Shown here: positions 27,163 through 39,359 of the stretch, one piece after another
Layout: the number at the start of each line of letters is the position of its first letter
How positions within the stretch are numbered: the stretch's first letter is position 1
NCBI RefSeq assembly: GCF_964355755.1
Contig: NC_092672.1
Coordinates: forward strand, 24,441,237-24,505,236
Source: Antedon mediterranea
Taxonomy: Eukaryota; Animalia; Echinodermata
Direction: 5' to 3'
Length of the DNA: 64,000 nt
Made by a program: the position numbers and the translations under genes
The notes under the pieces: generated by a model
Seen by the model: only the letters and a program-made list of their open reading frames with translations
What the model was told of the DNA's origin: nothing
Database searches by the model: none

Positions 27163-28753
27163 CTAGACATGAAACTCGTCACTTTGACGAGTTAGTTATC
27201 CGCACGACAAACGCCACGTCCACGCCATACGTTGGAATATTGCACACGGAAAAAGATTATGGCATTATGACCTGAACTGAAGACTATGATAAGTATGTTG
27301 TTATTGCTGAATTCTATTATTTTGATTCATATAATTATAGTATACACAGTGTAATCTGTATACATATCACATACAGTGTAGAATAGGGGAAATTACGGGA
27401 CCCGCTATTTATTGCAATTTTTAACATGTTGATGGTTTTAAAATGAAACGCGAAGGTAGCAATTTTGGAAGGAAATTATCTCAGCAACAACATATTAACG
27501 TGTAGAAGAAATTTGAATACGTGAAATATTAATGCGCGCTCTTTTAAATGCAATGAACTATGACGCAAAAGATGAAAATACGACTTTTTTTATTTAACTG
27601 GCCATATGATGACGTCACCACATCCGATTGGCAAAATTTTCACATGATTTTGTATCTACAATCCAATAGCTTCAAGAAAACGTTTTAATCGTGATTATCA
27701 CATTTTATTCTTACGAGCTATAACAGATTGAAATTTACTGTAAAGATGAAATTAATGCCACACGTAATTTAAATTTTTAGGCATGATGACGTCATAAAAA
27801 TTAAAATATTTTCAACTCATGCTAAAGATAGTTGATTGACCTAGACAATATCAAAATCGGGGTGAAAATGGAAAACGGATAAGTGGAGATGCCCTCTATT
27901 AAATGTGAGGAGTTATGACGAAAGATACAAAAATCCTAAATTTCATATTCACGTGGCCATACGATGACGTCACAATGTCCGGTTAGCCATATTAATGTAT
28001 GATCTGATATCTACAACTCATCAACTTCCAGAATATGTAATAAAACTAATTTTTACCGTTTGGTTTAGAAACTACGATTGTTTAAAAAAAGGCTTAATTT
28101 TTACGAATTTTTGAAGTTTTTCATCAAAAAAGCGCGCAAATTATCATATTCTACGTGCTCGTATGACGTAATTTGAAGTCGAAATTATTTAAAAGTTGGT
28201 AAAATTACTAGAAAAGGCTGGAAAAACATAAATCACTCGGAAAAAATGACGTTTTTAACGCTACGTGTGCACCACGCGCGTAAAAATTTGCGCACGTGTG
28301 GGAATTTTTGACATGCTCAAAATGACATGAAACGCGTATAAAGTTGATTAATTTTTCGCATTGCAAAATTTTAAACTCGCGTGCGCGCGTAACTTCGTGT
28401 AAAACATGCCATTTTTAGTGCACAAACAGTTAGCGCACGATATAAATTAGACTTTTGCTAAGTTTCAATTTAAATTGTTATATGGTTTTCGATCTATGTT
28501 AAATACGCGAAATTCATAAAAACGCGCGTAAGTCATGTTGCGCAACTCTGACGTCATTCAATTATAGGAAAGCACAACTTCACGTGATTGCCCATATGTT
28601 GACAAAGTTATAAAATGTTAACTTTACACGTTTTAGAGATACGCTCTGCACAAAAATGACAGAAAGAAAGAAGAATAATACAGAAAAAAAAAAAAAAAAG
28701 ATGATGAAACAGGACAGTTACAACGAGTTATCCGCCATAGTGCGGATAACTAA
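27163..28753 (-). mobile_element. HINE U17, complete
   Basis: Both termini; cap loop CATAGT. Confidence 0.85.
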
Positions 28754-28878
28754 TAATACAGAAAAAAAAAAAAGATGATGAAACAGGACAGTTACAAGGA
28801 GTTATCCGCCATAGTGCGGATAACTAATAATACAGAAAAAAAAAAAAAAAGATGATGAAACTGAGTGCGGATAACTAA

Positions 28879-30384
28879 CTAGACATGTAACTCGTCACTT
28901 TGACGAGTTAGTTATCCGCACGACAAACGCCACGTGCACGTGATACGTTAGAATATTGCACACGGAAAAAGATTATGGCATTATGACCTGAACTGAAGAA
29001 TATGATATGTTGTTATTGCTGAATTCTGTTATTTTGTGTCATATAGTATATAACAATATAATCTGTATACATATTACATACAGTGTAGAATAGGTGAAAT
29101 TACGGGACCCCCCGTTTATTCCTATTTTTAACATGGCGACGGTATCAAAATGAAAAACTAAGACAGCAATTTGGGAAGGAAATTATCTCAGTAACAACAT
29201 ATTAAAGTGCAGAAGAAATTTGAATACGTGAAATATTGATGCACGCTCTTTTAAATGTAATGAATTATGACGCAAAAGATGAAAATACGACTTTTCTTAT
29301 TTAACTGGCCATATGATGACGTCACAACATTCGATTGGCAAAATGTTTACATGATTTCGTATCTACAATCCAATAGCTTCCATAAAACATTTTAATCGTG
29401 ATTATCCCATTTTGTTCTTACGAGCGATAACAGATTAAAATTTACTGTAAAGATGAAATTAATGACCCAAGTAATTAACATTTTTAGGCATGATGACGTT
29501 ACAAATATTAAAATATTTTTAACTCATGCAAAAGGTAGTTGATTGACCTAGACAATATTAAAATCTCGGAGAAAATGGAACACGGATAAGCGTGATGCGC
29601 TCCATTGAATGTGATGAGCAATAACGAAAGAGACAAAAATCCTATATTTTATATTCGTGTGGCCATACGATGACGTCAAAATGTCCTGTTAGCCATATTA
29701 ATGTATGATTTGATATCTACAACTCATCAACTTCCAGAATATGTAATAAAAATAACTTTCACCGTTTAGTTTAGAAACTACGACTGTTTAAAAAAAGGCA
29801 TAATTTTGACGATTTGTTTAGCTTTTTGGTCAAAAACGCGCGTAAATTTTCCAATTCGACGTGCTCGTATGACGTAATTTAAAGTCACAAATGGTTTTAA
29901 AATGGTAAAATTACTCTAGAAGGCTGGAAAAACATAATTCATGAGAAAAAAAGATGTTTTTCACGGTACGTGGCCACCGCGCGCGTAAAAAAATGCGTGC
30001 ACGTGGGAATTTTTGACATGCGCGAAATGTCATGAGTCGTGTAAAAAGTTGATTAAAAATTAATTTTACGCATTTTGAAACTTTAAATGCGCGTGCGTGC
30101 GTAACTTTTTGTAAAACATGTCATTTTTAATCAATAAAAAGTTTGCACTTGATATGACTTAAATTTTCACAAAGTGTCAAAACTAAATTATGCTTGGTTT
30201 TTAGTCTATGAGCAATCATAAAAAATCATAAAATCGCGCGTAAGTCACGTTGCGCAACTCTGACGTCATTCAAAAATAGAAAAGCACAACTTCAGGTGAA
30301 TACCCATATGTTGACAAAGTTATGAAATGTTAACTTTACACGTTTTTGAGATATGCTCTGCACAAAAATGACAGAAAGAAAGAA
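28879..30384 (-). mobile_element. HINE U18 body (chimeric); probable cap 31976-32030
   Basis: Left part like U16, middle nearly identical to U13. Confidence 0.8.
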
Positions 30385-31975
30385 CTAGACATGAAACTCG
30401 TCACTTTGACGAGTTAGTTATCCGCACGACAAACGCCACGTCCACGCCATACGTTGGAATATTGCACACGGAAAAAGATTATGGCATTATGACCTGAACT
30501 GAAGACTATGATATGTTGTTATTGCTGAATTCTATTATTTTGATTCATATATAGTATACACAGTGTAATCTGTATACATATCACATACAGTGTAGAATAG
30601 GGGAAATTACGGGACCCGCTATTTATTGCAATTTTTAACATGTTGATGGTTTTAAAATGAAACGCGAAGGTAGCAATTTTGGAAGGAAATTATCTCAGCA
30701 ACAACATATTAACGTGTTGAAGAAATTTGAATACGTGAAATATTAATGCGCGCTCTTTTAAATGTAATGAACTATGACGCAAAAGATGAAAATACGACTT
30801 TTTTTATTTAACTGGCCATATGATGACGTCACCACATCCGATTGCCAAAATGTTTACATGATTTAGTATCTACAATCCAATAGCTTTCAGAAAACATTTT
30901 AATCGTGATTATCCGATTTTATTCTTACGAGCGATAACAGATTAAAATTTCCTGGAAAGATGAAATTAATGACCCACGTAATTAAAATGTTTACGCATGA
31001 TAACGTTACAAAAATTAAAATATTTTTAACTCATGCGAAAGGTAGTTGATTGACCTAGACAATATTAAAATCTCGGAGAAAATGGAATACGGATAAGCGT
31101 GATGTGCTCCATTGAATGTGATGAGCAATAACGAAAGAGACAAAAATCCTATATTTTATATTCGCGTGGCCATACGATGACGTCACAATGTCCTGTTAGC
31201 CATATTAATGTATGATTTGATATCTACAACTCATCAACTTCCAGAATATGTAATAAAAATAACTTTCACCGTTTAGTTTAGAAACTACGACTGTTTAAAA
31301 AAAGGCATAATTTTGATGATTTTTTTAGCTTTTTGATCAAATACGCGCGCAAATTATCCAATTCGATGTGCTCGTATGACGTCATTTTAACTCGAAATTG
31401 TTTAAAAGTTGGTAAAATTACTAGAAAAGGCTGGAAAAACACAAATCACGCGAAAAAAGTATGTTTTTAACGCTACTTGCGCCCCTCGCGCGTAAAAATT
31501 TGCGCACGTGTGGGAATTTTTTACACGCTCAAAATGACAAGAAACGCGTAGAAAGTTGATTAGAAATTAATTTTTCGCATTTTAAAATTTTAAATGCGCG
31601 TGCGCGCGTAACTTTGTGTGAAACATGCCATTTTTAATCCACAGAAAGTTGACTCTTGATATGAATTAAATTTTCACCAAGTCTCAATACAAAATGACTT
31701 TCGGTTTTTAATCTATGATCAATCATTTAAATTCATAAAATTGCGCGCAAGTCACGTTGCGCAACTCTGACGTTTTTCAAAAATAGGAGGTGCACAACTT
31801 CATGTAAATATCTATATGTTGACAAAGTTATGATATGTTCTGTTTACACATTTTAGAGAAACAGGGCTCACAAAAAAAGGAAGAAAGACAGAAGAATAAT
31901 ACAGAAAAAGAAAAAAAAAAAGATCCCATACAATAACAAGGAGTTATCCGCACACTGCCATGTGCGGATAACTAA
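30385..31975 (-). mobile_element. HINE U19, complete
   Basis: Both termini; extended cap hairpin GTTATCCGCACA-CTGCCA-TGTGCGGATAAC. Confidence 0.85.
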
Positions 31976-32240
31976 TAAAATTGAAACAGGACGATTACAA
32001 GGAGTTATCCGCTACTAAGCGGATAACTAATAACATAGAAAAAAAAAAAAAAAAAAAAAAGATCCTGACAATAACAAGAGGTTATCCGCCAAGTGCGGAT
32101 AACCAAAAAAAAAAGTAACAGGACAGTTACAAGGAGTTATCCGCTGAATGCGGATAACTAATAAGAAGATGATGTTGATGATGATGATGATTTCGTACAA
32201 TCACAAGAGGTTATCCTGCAACTTCGTTGCGGATAACCAA

Positions 32241-33820
32241 CTAGGAACTTAAACTCGTCACTTGAGGACGAGTTTGGTTATCCGCCAGCAACAAAGCGTA
32301 TCTTGCGTATTCAAGTACTTCCAAGTTATGACTTTTTCAAAAAAAGTAGGCTATTCAAAATTAAAACTGCCCTCTCAGTGTAATAACCAACTAAACCCTT
32401 TTAATTAATTGTTTTCCCGTGACGGGACTCAAACCCGGTACCTCTGATACCAAAGTCGGTTGCATTACACATCGAGCCATATGACCACCTGCTGACGAAA
32501 ATCCGAAGAAAGAGTCCTCGTTCATTCGGTATGTCGTGAACCCCCTCGATGCAAGTTGATTATTACATATCAAACTTAAATCATAAATTTTACTATGATG
32601 AAATCTTCAAAAATTTTAAACGCTGATATTTTATGAAAGTACATACTTTCAAGTTTTATATATTAACATGTAAAGAAAAAAGATAAATGTTATGTTTATT
32701 GTTTTGCTCTTTGAATAAGTTTATGTTTGTTTGATGATAAATATTTCAAAAATTATATTTAATATGCAAATAATGTAGCCATCAAACACGTTTTAGCATT
32801 CAACACTATAATAAATCAGACCTATGATTCATACACTGCAAGAAATTAAAATTAAAAATGGGGGTAACCTTGCATTCTGATGAACTGTTTCATTTTTAAA
32901 AGTAGACATATTTTGGAACATTTTCACAATTTGTTGACGTTTTCGTGCGCAACCTGTCATGATTAACGTGCTCGTAGAACGCCATTTCAAGTTGAAAAGT
33001 GAATAAAATAACGTAAAATTGTTAACCGAAGATTTAAAAACACAAATCGTGTAAAAGAAATGCTCATACCTGTTCCCTGCGCCGTGCGCGCGTAAAAATG
33101 TGCGCACCAGTGGCAATTTTTTAAACGCTTAAAATAACCTGAATCGTGCTCTAATTTAATCAGAAATTGATTTGAAGCATTTTAAAATTTCAAACGCCAT
33201 TTACGCGCGCACTTTCTAATGTTACAAATTGCGATAGCGTTAAAAAAGTTAACTATTGATGTGAAGCAAACGTGGCTGAAAATGACGTTAAAAAATATTC
33301 ATTTGTTTCAAAGTTATAACCAATTTAAGATTTTCAGAAAATCACGCGTAACTTACGCTACGCGGCTCTGACATCGTCAAAAAGCTTGGCTGGACAACTT
33401 CAGTAAAATGTCTATATGTTGAACAAGTTACAAAATGTTATGTTAACGGGTTACAGAGAAACAGCGTGCACAAATTAGGAGCATTTTAAAATTTCAAACG
33501 CAGTTTACGCGCAGATTTTCTAGTGTTCAAAAATTTGCTGAAGAGCGAAAAAGTTAGCCATTGATGTGAAGAAAACGTGGCTGAAAATTTCGTTAAAAAA
33601 TATTTATCGGTTTCGAAGTTATGACCGATTTAAGATTTTCAGAAAATCGCGCGTAACTTACGCTACGCGGATCTGACATTGTCAAAAAGCTTCGCAGTAC
33701 ATCTTCAGTTAATTGTCTATATGTTGACCAAGTTACAAAATGTTATGTTAACACGTTCAAGAGAAAACGCGTAGTAACACTACAATAACAAATGCTTATC
33801 CGCTTGAGGCGGATAACCAA
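32241..33820 (-). mobile_element. HINE family C, complete, divergent body carrying a tRNA-like segment
   Basis: CTAGGAACTTAAACTCGTCACTTGAGGACGAGTTTGGTTATCCGC ... TTATCCGCTTGAGGCGGATAACCAA; double module at about 33177-33480 and 33481-33770. Confidence 0.8.
32416..32487 (-). other. tRNA-derived (SINE head-like) segment inside the family C element
   Basis: Minus strand TGGCTCGATGTGTAATGC...GAGGTACCGGGTTTGAGTCCCG: degenerate A box and B box at tRNA spacing; acceptor stem not intact. Confidence 0.6.
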
Positions 33821-35387
33821 CTAGACATGTAACTCGTCACTTTGACGAGTTTGGTTATCCGCCGCGCAAGTGGTGCAACATTAACATTAAGGGGATAGGT
33901 TGAGGACAAAAGGAAGTGTTCACGTTGGCATTATGACCTGAACTGAAGAATATGATATGTTGTTATTGCTGAATTTTATTATTTAAATTCATATATAGTA
34001 TATACACAGTATAATCTGTATCCATATCACATACAGTGTAGAATAGGTGAAATTACGGGACCCGCTATTTATTGCAATTTTTAACATGTTGACAGTTTTA
34101 AAATGAAACGCGAAGGTAGCAATTCCGAAAGGAAATTATCTCAGCTACAACGTATTAGCGTGTAGAAGGAATTTGAATACGTGAAATATTGATGCGCGCT
34201 CTTTTAAATGTAATGAATTATGACGCAAAAGATGAAAATACGACCTTTTTTATTTAACTGGCCATATGATGACGTCACAACATCCGATTGGCAACATTTT
34301 TACATAATTTCGTATCTAAAATCCAATAGCTTCCAGAAAAAATTTTAATCGTGATTATCACATTTTATTCTTACGAGCTATAACAGATTCAAATGTACTG
34401 TAAAGATGAAATTAATGCCACACGTGATTTAAATTTTTAGGCATGATGACGTCAAAAAAATTAAAATATTTTTAACTCATGCGAAAGATACTTGATTGAC
34501 CTAGACAAAATCAAAATTGGGGTGAAAATGGAAAACGGATAAGTGGAGATGCGCTCTATTCAATGTGATGAGCTATGACGAAAGATACAAAAATCCTAAA
34601 TTTTATATTCGCATGGCCATACAATGACGTCACAATGTCCGGTTAGCCATATTAATACCTGATCCGATATCTTCAACTCATCTACTTCCAGAATATGCCA
34701 TCCACAAAAAGTTGACCGTCTAGTTTAGAAATTACGACTGTTTAAAAAAAGGCATATTTTAAACGAATTTTTTAACCTTTTCATAAAAAACGCGCGCAAA
34801 TTGTCCAATTCGACGTGCTCGTATGACGTATCTTTAAGTCGAAATTGTTTAAAATTTGGTAAAATTACTTAAAAGGCTGGAAAAATATAAATCACACGAA
34901 AAAAGTACGTTTTCAATACTACGTGCGCACCGCACACGTAAAAATGTGCGCACGCGTGGGAATTTTTGACATGCTTAAAACGACATGAAACGCGTAGAAA
35001 GTTGATTATAAATTAATTTTGCGCATTTTGAAATTTTAAATGCGCGTGCGCGCGTAACTTTGTGTAAAAAACACGCAATTTTTTTTCAACAGAAAGTTAG
35101 CGCATGATATAAATTAAACTTTTGCAAAGTTTTAAGTTGAAATGTTATTTGGTTGTCGAGCTATGTTAAATACGACAAAATCGTTAAATCGCGCGTAAGT
35201 CACGTTGCGCAATTGTAAACGTCATGAAAAGCTTCGCTTGACGACGTTACGTAAATGTCAATATGTTAAGATAGTTACCGAAATGTTATGTTTGCGAGTT
35301 TTAGAGAAAAGCGTTACACAAAAATCATACAGAATGATTTCGTACAATCACATGAGGTTATCCTGCAACTTCGTTGCGGATAACCAA
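33821..35387 (-). mobile_element. HINE U21, complete sister of U1
   Basis: Both termini; shares U1-specific sequence CGCGCAAGTGGTGCAACATTAAC and AAGCTTCGCTTGACGACG. Confidence 0.87.
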
Positions 35388-35442
35388 TAAAGATTTGATA
35401 CAATAACAATAGGTGATCATTTTATTCTAAATGATCACCTAA
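35388..35442 (-). mobile_element. Cap of a fourth HINE family, closing the array (probable 5' end of U0)
   Basis: ACAATAACAATAGGTGATCATTT-TATTCT-AAATGATCACCTAA: same ACAATAACAA + hairpin + TAA layout as other caps; non-array DNA follows. Confidence 0.7.
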
Positions 35443-36214
35443 AAATCATAATATGATAATTTTGTGTATGTGCTAAATGCCTTAGTACATGTATGTTGTA
35501 TACGAATACCATTGGGCTACTGGTTTAAATTTTGGTTTATATCTAGTAAGACTAATAATACAATTAATGTGCATTACGAGAGTAAGCAAGCTAGTGGCAT
35601 GTTTTAAAATTAAAATGACCATTTTGAATAACTGACAAATATAAATGAAAGTGAAATTATTGTTTAATAGTGAGTATACGTGTATTTATTAAATTTTATG
35701 ATTTTCTAAAAATCAAATGATGGTTACCTCACCATTAGAGTTAGCCGAGGCTATTATAATACATAGATTTTTGTGAATAGAATAAATAAATAAAATACTT
35801 TTTGTCTTTTTCTAATTGGACAATTGGATTAATAAATACATTTATAGTTGTGACTACATTTAGGTGTCCTATAAATCATTTCATTTTTTTTCTGTTACTT
35901 TTTCATTTTTTCATTCATACTTCAAATTATGTCACTGTAGTAAAAGAATTGTCAGGAAATCATGTCATGCAACATGGAAATATTGCTGTTTTAGGACATG
36001 ACATCATAACTCAGGTTTCAATAGCTATACAGCAAAGACTCTCCTAATATTAACCATGATTTGTATGGTTTCCTAATATCTGATGTTACTACTAATGTTG
36101 TTGCACCATCTGGTAAACAATCACAATCTCTATTCTCAAATGTTTTGAGCTGGGTATTTAGGCTTTTACGGTTTTTAATATTCTATTCATGTTTTTTATT
36201 TTAACCCTAAACTT

Positions 36215-36549
36215 AGGAGTGGAGCTGTGGCTTGGTGGTTAGGAGTGGAGCTGTGGCTTGGTGGTTATGATGCTTGGCTACCAATCTAAGGGTCCTGGGT
36301 TCAAGTCCTGTCATATGTCAGGGTTTTTTTCTCATGACAATTTACAACTCCACTCCCAAAGACTTAATAATAAGTCTTTGTCTATGTAGAGCATCTTGTG
36401 TATATGTTTGTCTTATATGTTCTAGTGCAGTATATGGAGAGCCATCTCGATAGTGCTTTGCACTCATGGCAATCCTCAGGGTGCTGCACCGCTGTGTTGT
36501 CATGTATGTTTGCCTGAAAATTAAATAAAATAAAATAAAATAAAATAAA
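36215..36549 (+). mobile_element. tRNA-derived SINE
   Basis: A box TGGCTTGGTGG, B box GGTTCAAGTCC, (TAAAA)n tail; first 26 nt tandemly duplicated. Confidence 0.8.
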
Positions 36550-36589
36550 CTGTTTATGATATTAATAAACTCCAACAGTGTATTTTTGT

Positions 36590-37058
36590 TATGTCACTAA
36601 CAAACTCCCTTCTCATTTTTTAACCAAATTTCTTAAATTTTCTTAACAAACTCAGTAATCCATTCATACAACACGCCCTTCATCTTCCTTTAACTAAACT
36701 TTCTTTAATTCAACACAATGTCCGATATAATGGCAGTAATTATTTAATGCACTCATGATATCACATCTACCCTGATCTCAAGAAATTGTTTTTTGTAAAA
36801 GTAAAAAACTACCTTTTATCAAAGTACTAGTATATTTTAAATGATTATTGTCGACCGTTTTTCGTCTCCTCTGCCCCATGGCTACTAAATTACAATAATT
36901 AGCATTTATATCATTTATTGTCTTTATGCTTCCTGTTTGTTTTTTTGTGTGTGTTTTATATATATATATTTATTATTTATTTTTATTATTTATTTTTGTC
37001 AAATGTTACGTTTTATTTGAAAGAAGAAGTAATAAATGTTATTTCAAATGAAATGAAT
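36590..37058 (+). mobile_element. Degenerate 3' end of a CR1/L2-group LINE
   Basis: Frameshifted remnants NSVIHSYNT / LHLPLTKLSLIQHNVRYNG resembling the ORF2 C-terminus at 49040-49335; AATAAA then (AAATG)n tail. Confidence 0.55.
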
Positions 37059-38787
37059 TTATAAATTACTATTAACTATTAAAGAAGAAAACAAATCAAA
37101 TAGTTTATTCATAATCAACGATATTGCAAAATTATTTATGGAGTATGACAAAATTATCTATGTGTTAACTGTTTTTATTAACTTCTTTAAATTGTATTAA
37201 TCTATTAATCAATTTTTCCTGTTGTAATCTTTTGTGGTCATTTTTAGATTATATTTTGTTTTGTTTTATGCACACATTATGTTTGTGAACAAGCTCCATT
37301 ACAAAAATGATTTTATTATTATTATTATATTATAACTTATATCAAGGCTCTATCTTTTATTTTTAAATGAATCCCAAAAGTTTGAGACGTGTCAGTCTGT
37401 AAAGCTGTGGACAGAGATAAAATCCTTTTTTTTGTATTATAAATAAAGCATGGCCTCCTGAGCTCCATTTGATTCTTTCAAAGTTAAAATAATATATATA
37501 CTAAAAGGAAAATAATATGTTTTACTAAGTCACGTATCCATGGTGATTGTGATGACAGGCTCCAACTCTATACTATACATGATATTACGATACCATCTGA
37601 ATTAAATTTTCAGCCAGTGTGCAAAAACTTCTGGATACTATTTAAGTCGATTATCAATGACTTACACAATTTAGCATTCCTATAATGCTACCACCTTTTT
37701 AATGTTTATATTATATCTTTATTAATGTTTTATATACTCATTATTATACATGGATAAAAAGGTTAAAGAATACACACAAAAAAGAAAGAAAAGGGGAGTA
37801 TTACATTGGATAATAACAATCTAAACAGATTATAAAGATGCAATATTTAGAACAACAACAAATATTGCGGATTGAATTGTGTCTTGTTTTTGTGAATGAA
37901 TGATTTTTGGTATTTTGAATATTATATTGATAAAGATATACAAAAATTACGAAAAAGTAGAATTATATTGGATAACAATGATCAAATAGATTATGAAGAT
38001 TGCAGATTTACAACAACTACTGTATTACTGATTAACTTATAAAATTGATAGTTATAACTGTAATAAATATATATGTAATATGTAGTAAAACTACACATTC
38101 AAAACGTATCTATACCAAAACATTCAATTCATGGTGATTGCACATTTATATTGTAATTGTTATATTATATTAAAAGTTTCATCACATCTCATTTTTAAAA
38201 CCAAATGTGAAATCAACAATTCTGATAGCTGCCAGTGACTTTGTCCTTGTCTATTCGGTCCTAATGACCAGTTATTTAAACAAATTGTCTTGTCCATTTA
38301 TGTAAATTTATTTTAAAATAATGTTGGTAAATGGTGTTACTTCACTATTTTTCCATGTGTTTTTTAGATGGGGGTGAGGAAGGTTTTCTTATCTTAGTAG
38401 ACAGACCATTTTCAATTATTTTACCAAAAATAAAACCAATATAATACAATTCTATTAAAAGAAAAATTGTTTATTGAAAAGTAGTGTTATTTGTGTCATA
38501 CTTTACACATGTCAACTCTTAATGAAAGGTATTTTGGGTTGCTTTCACAAGCAAACACTAGCTTCCAATAGGCCAATAAGTGCCTGTGAGTTTGTTCGTA
38601 TCAAGACTGGGGCTTATCTTAGAAAACCTAAAGTAATTAGCTTTCTAAGATGCTTATTTTTTATAGGCATTTGTAAGATTACAAAATAAAGTACACGCAT
38701 ACTTCTTCTTGGTTAACTGTACAACAACTAGGCCTACAAATTCAAAACTTATTTAGGCCTTACATACATTCAATGCATGGTGATTAT

Positions 38788-38880
38788 TTAAAGCGACTCT
38801 AACAGCTCACTATGTCGGTTGGTCAGTAAACACTAACTCAAATTTGAACACGTGACTGCAGCCATGTATATGGCCTTGTT
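38788..38880 (+). mobile_element. Degenerate mini-HINE
   Basis: GCGACTCT..TCACTATGTCGGTTGGTC ... GCCATGTATATGGCCTTGTT; related to 54952-55076; absent from copy 2 of the local duplication. Confidence 0.6.
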
Positions 38881-39359
38881 TTTATTATTATCTGTTCTGA
38901 ACCATACACTACTAATCCTCCTTTAATCTCTGTGGCCTATAGAAGATAATAAGCCGAACGTGGCAGTGAAGGTGAATCTTATGGAGAAGTCATGTACAAG
39001 CCGGGCTTATTCAACAAATATTTAGTTTAAATGTAGATATATTTTTTAGATTAACTATATCGAGAACGACAATTGAAAAAAAAGACAAAGATCGTTTTAG
39101 AATAGGCTACACTCATGGTGATTACACTTTCTGCGGCGAAGAATTAATGGGCAGTGTGGTGATATTGTCTGATTGGTTGATTCAGGGAGACAACTCCCTG
39201 GTTGATTTGTGTCTGCCATATTGGAGGGAAGCTCGCCAACAGATGGACATACATTCAATTCATGGTGATTATTTAAGGTGTTTTTTTTTTTTTTATTATT
39301 ATCTGTTCTGAACTATACACTACTAATCCTCCTGTAATCTCTGTGGCCTATAGGAGATA

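Larger units (their letters stand above)
1..35442 (-). mobile_element. Nested array of non-autonomous Helentron/Helitron2-type (HINE-like) elements, all in one orientation
   Basis: 21 left ends reading (A)CTAG-N6-8-AACTCGTCA-nnn-(T)GACGAG-TT(A/G)GTTATCCGC or TTAGGCTATCGC, and 26 right ends reading GTTATCCGC-loop-GCGGATAAC(T/C)AA or variants. On the minus strand this is 5' subTIR + inverted copy ... 3' subTIR + stem-loop + CTAG, no TSD, T-rich flanks: the HINE/DINE-1 architecture. No RepHel ORF. Confidence 0.88.

Noticed and set aside
371-35387. Simple 1.5 kb tandem satellite or rolling-circle concatemer
   Set aside because: Caps are separated from bodies and recur in last-in-first-out order; several families are interleaved.
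1349-35390. Short ORFs recurring in the array (e.g. 14573-14806, 15853-16086, 17055-17288)
   Set aside because: They recur only because the DNA is repeated; frames break between units and no HUH or helicase motifs are seen.
36247-36320. Functional tRNA gene (also about 50300-50375 and 32416-32487)
   Set aside because: A and B boxes are present but cloverleaf stems are not intact; SINE-like context.
38360-38400. Possible further exon after TTTTTTAG (also about 56650-56675)
   Set aside because: No ankyrin-like or other recognisable reading frame follows.
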